From assembly GCA_002633005.1 (NCBI GenBank), contig NMRA01000041.1:687294-751293 (forward strand): a stretch of 64,000 nucleotides of DNA, given 5' to 3'. This DNA is from Phoronis australis (lineage: Eukaryota; Animalia; Phoronida). Position numbers and translations under genes: made by a program. Position 1 is the stretch's first letter; the number at the start of each line of letters is the position of its first letter. Below are positions 63,981 through 64,000 of this stretch, one piece after another. Under the pieces are notes generated by a model, which ran no database searches, was not told the DNA's origin, and was given only the letters and a program-made list of their open reading frames with translations.

Positions 63981-64000
63981 GTGAGATATGACTAGAGCGC

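Overview
Intron-rich, AT-rich animal genomic DNA, probably from a marine invertebrate (species not identifiable from sequence). Genes reconstructed by hand from splice sites: (1) POLR3H/RPC8 on the minus strand (5 exons, 3' end outside the window) with a U12-type minor intron; (2) a 68-aa secreted-peptide precursor gene, missed by the ORF track, nested antisense in POLR3H intron 2; (3) a 15-exon CYP3-clan cytochrome P450 head-to-head with POLR3H, parts of which appear twice around three single-N gaps (probable haplotype/assembly duplications); (4) a single-coding-exon class A GPCR with melatonin-receptor-like motifs; (5) the 5' part of a WSC + PKD-domain, polycystin-like gene. The rest is mostly transposon-derived: a decayed Penelope element with a minimal hammerhead motif, a LINE remnant, hAT-, Kolobok- and foldback-type non-autonomous elements, and HINE/DINE-1-like repeats carrying arrays of CTCF-like motifs. 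The best candidate for something undescribed is the nested peptide gene. No database searches were run; all calls rest on manual translation and motif recognition.
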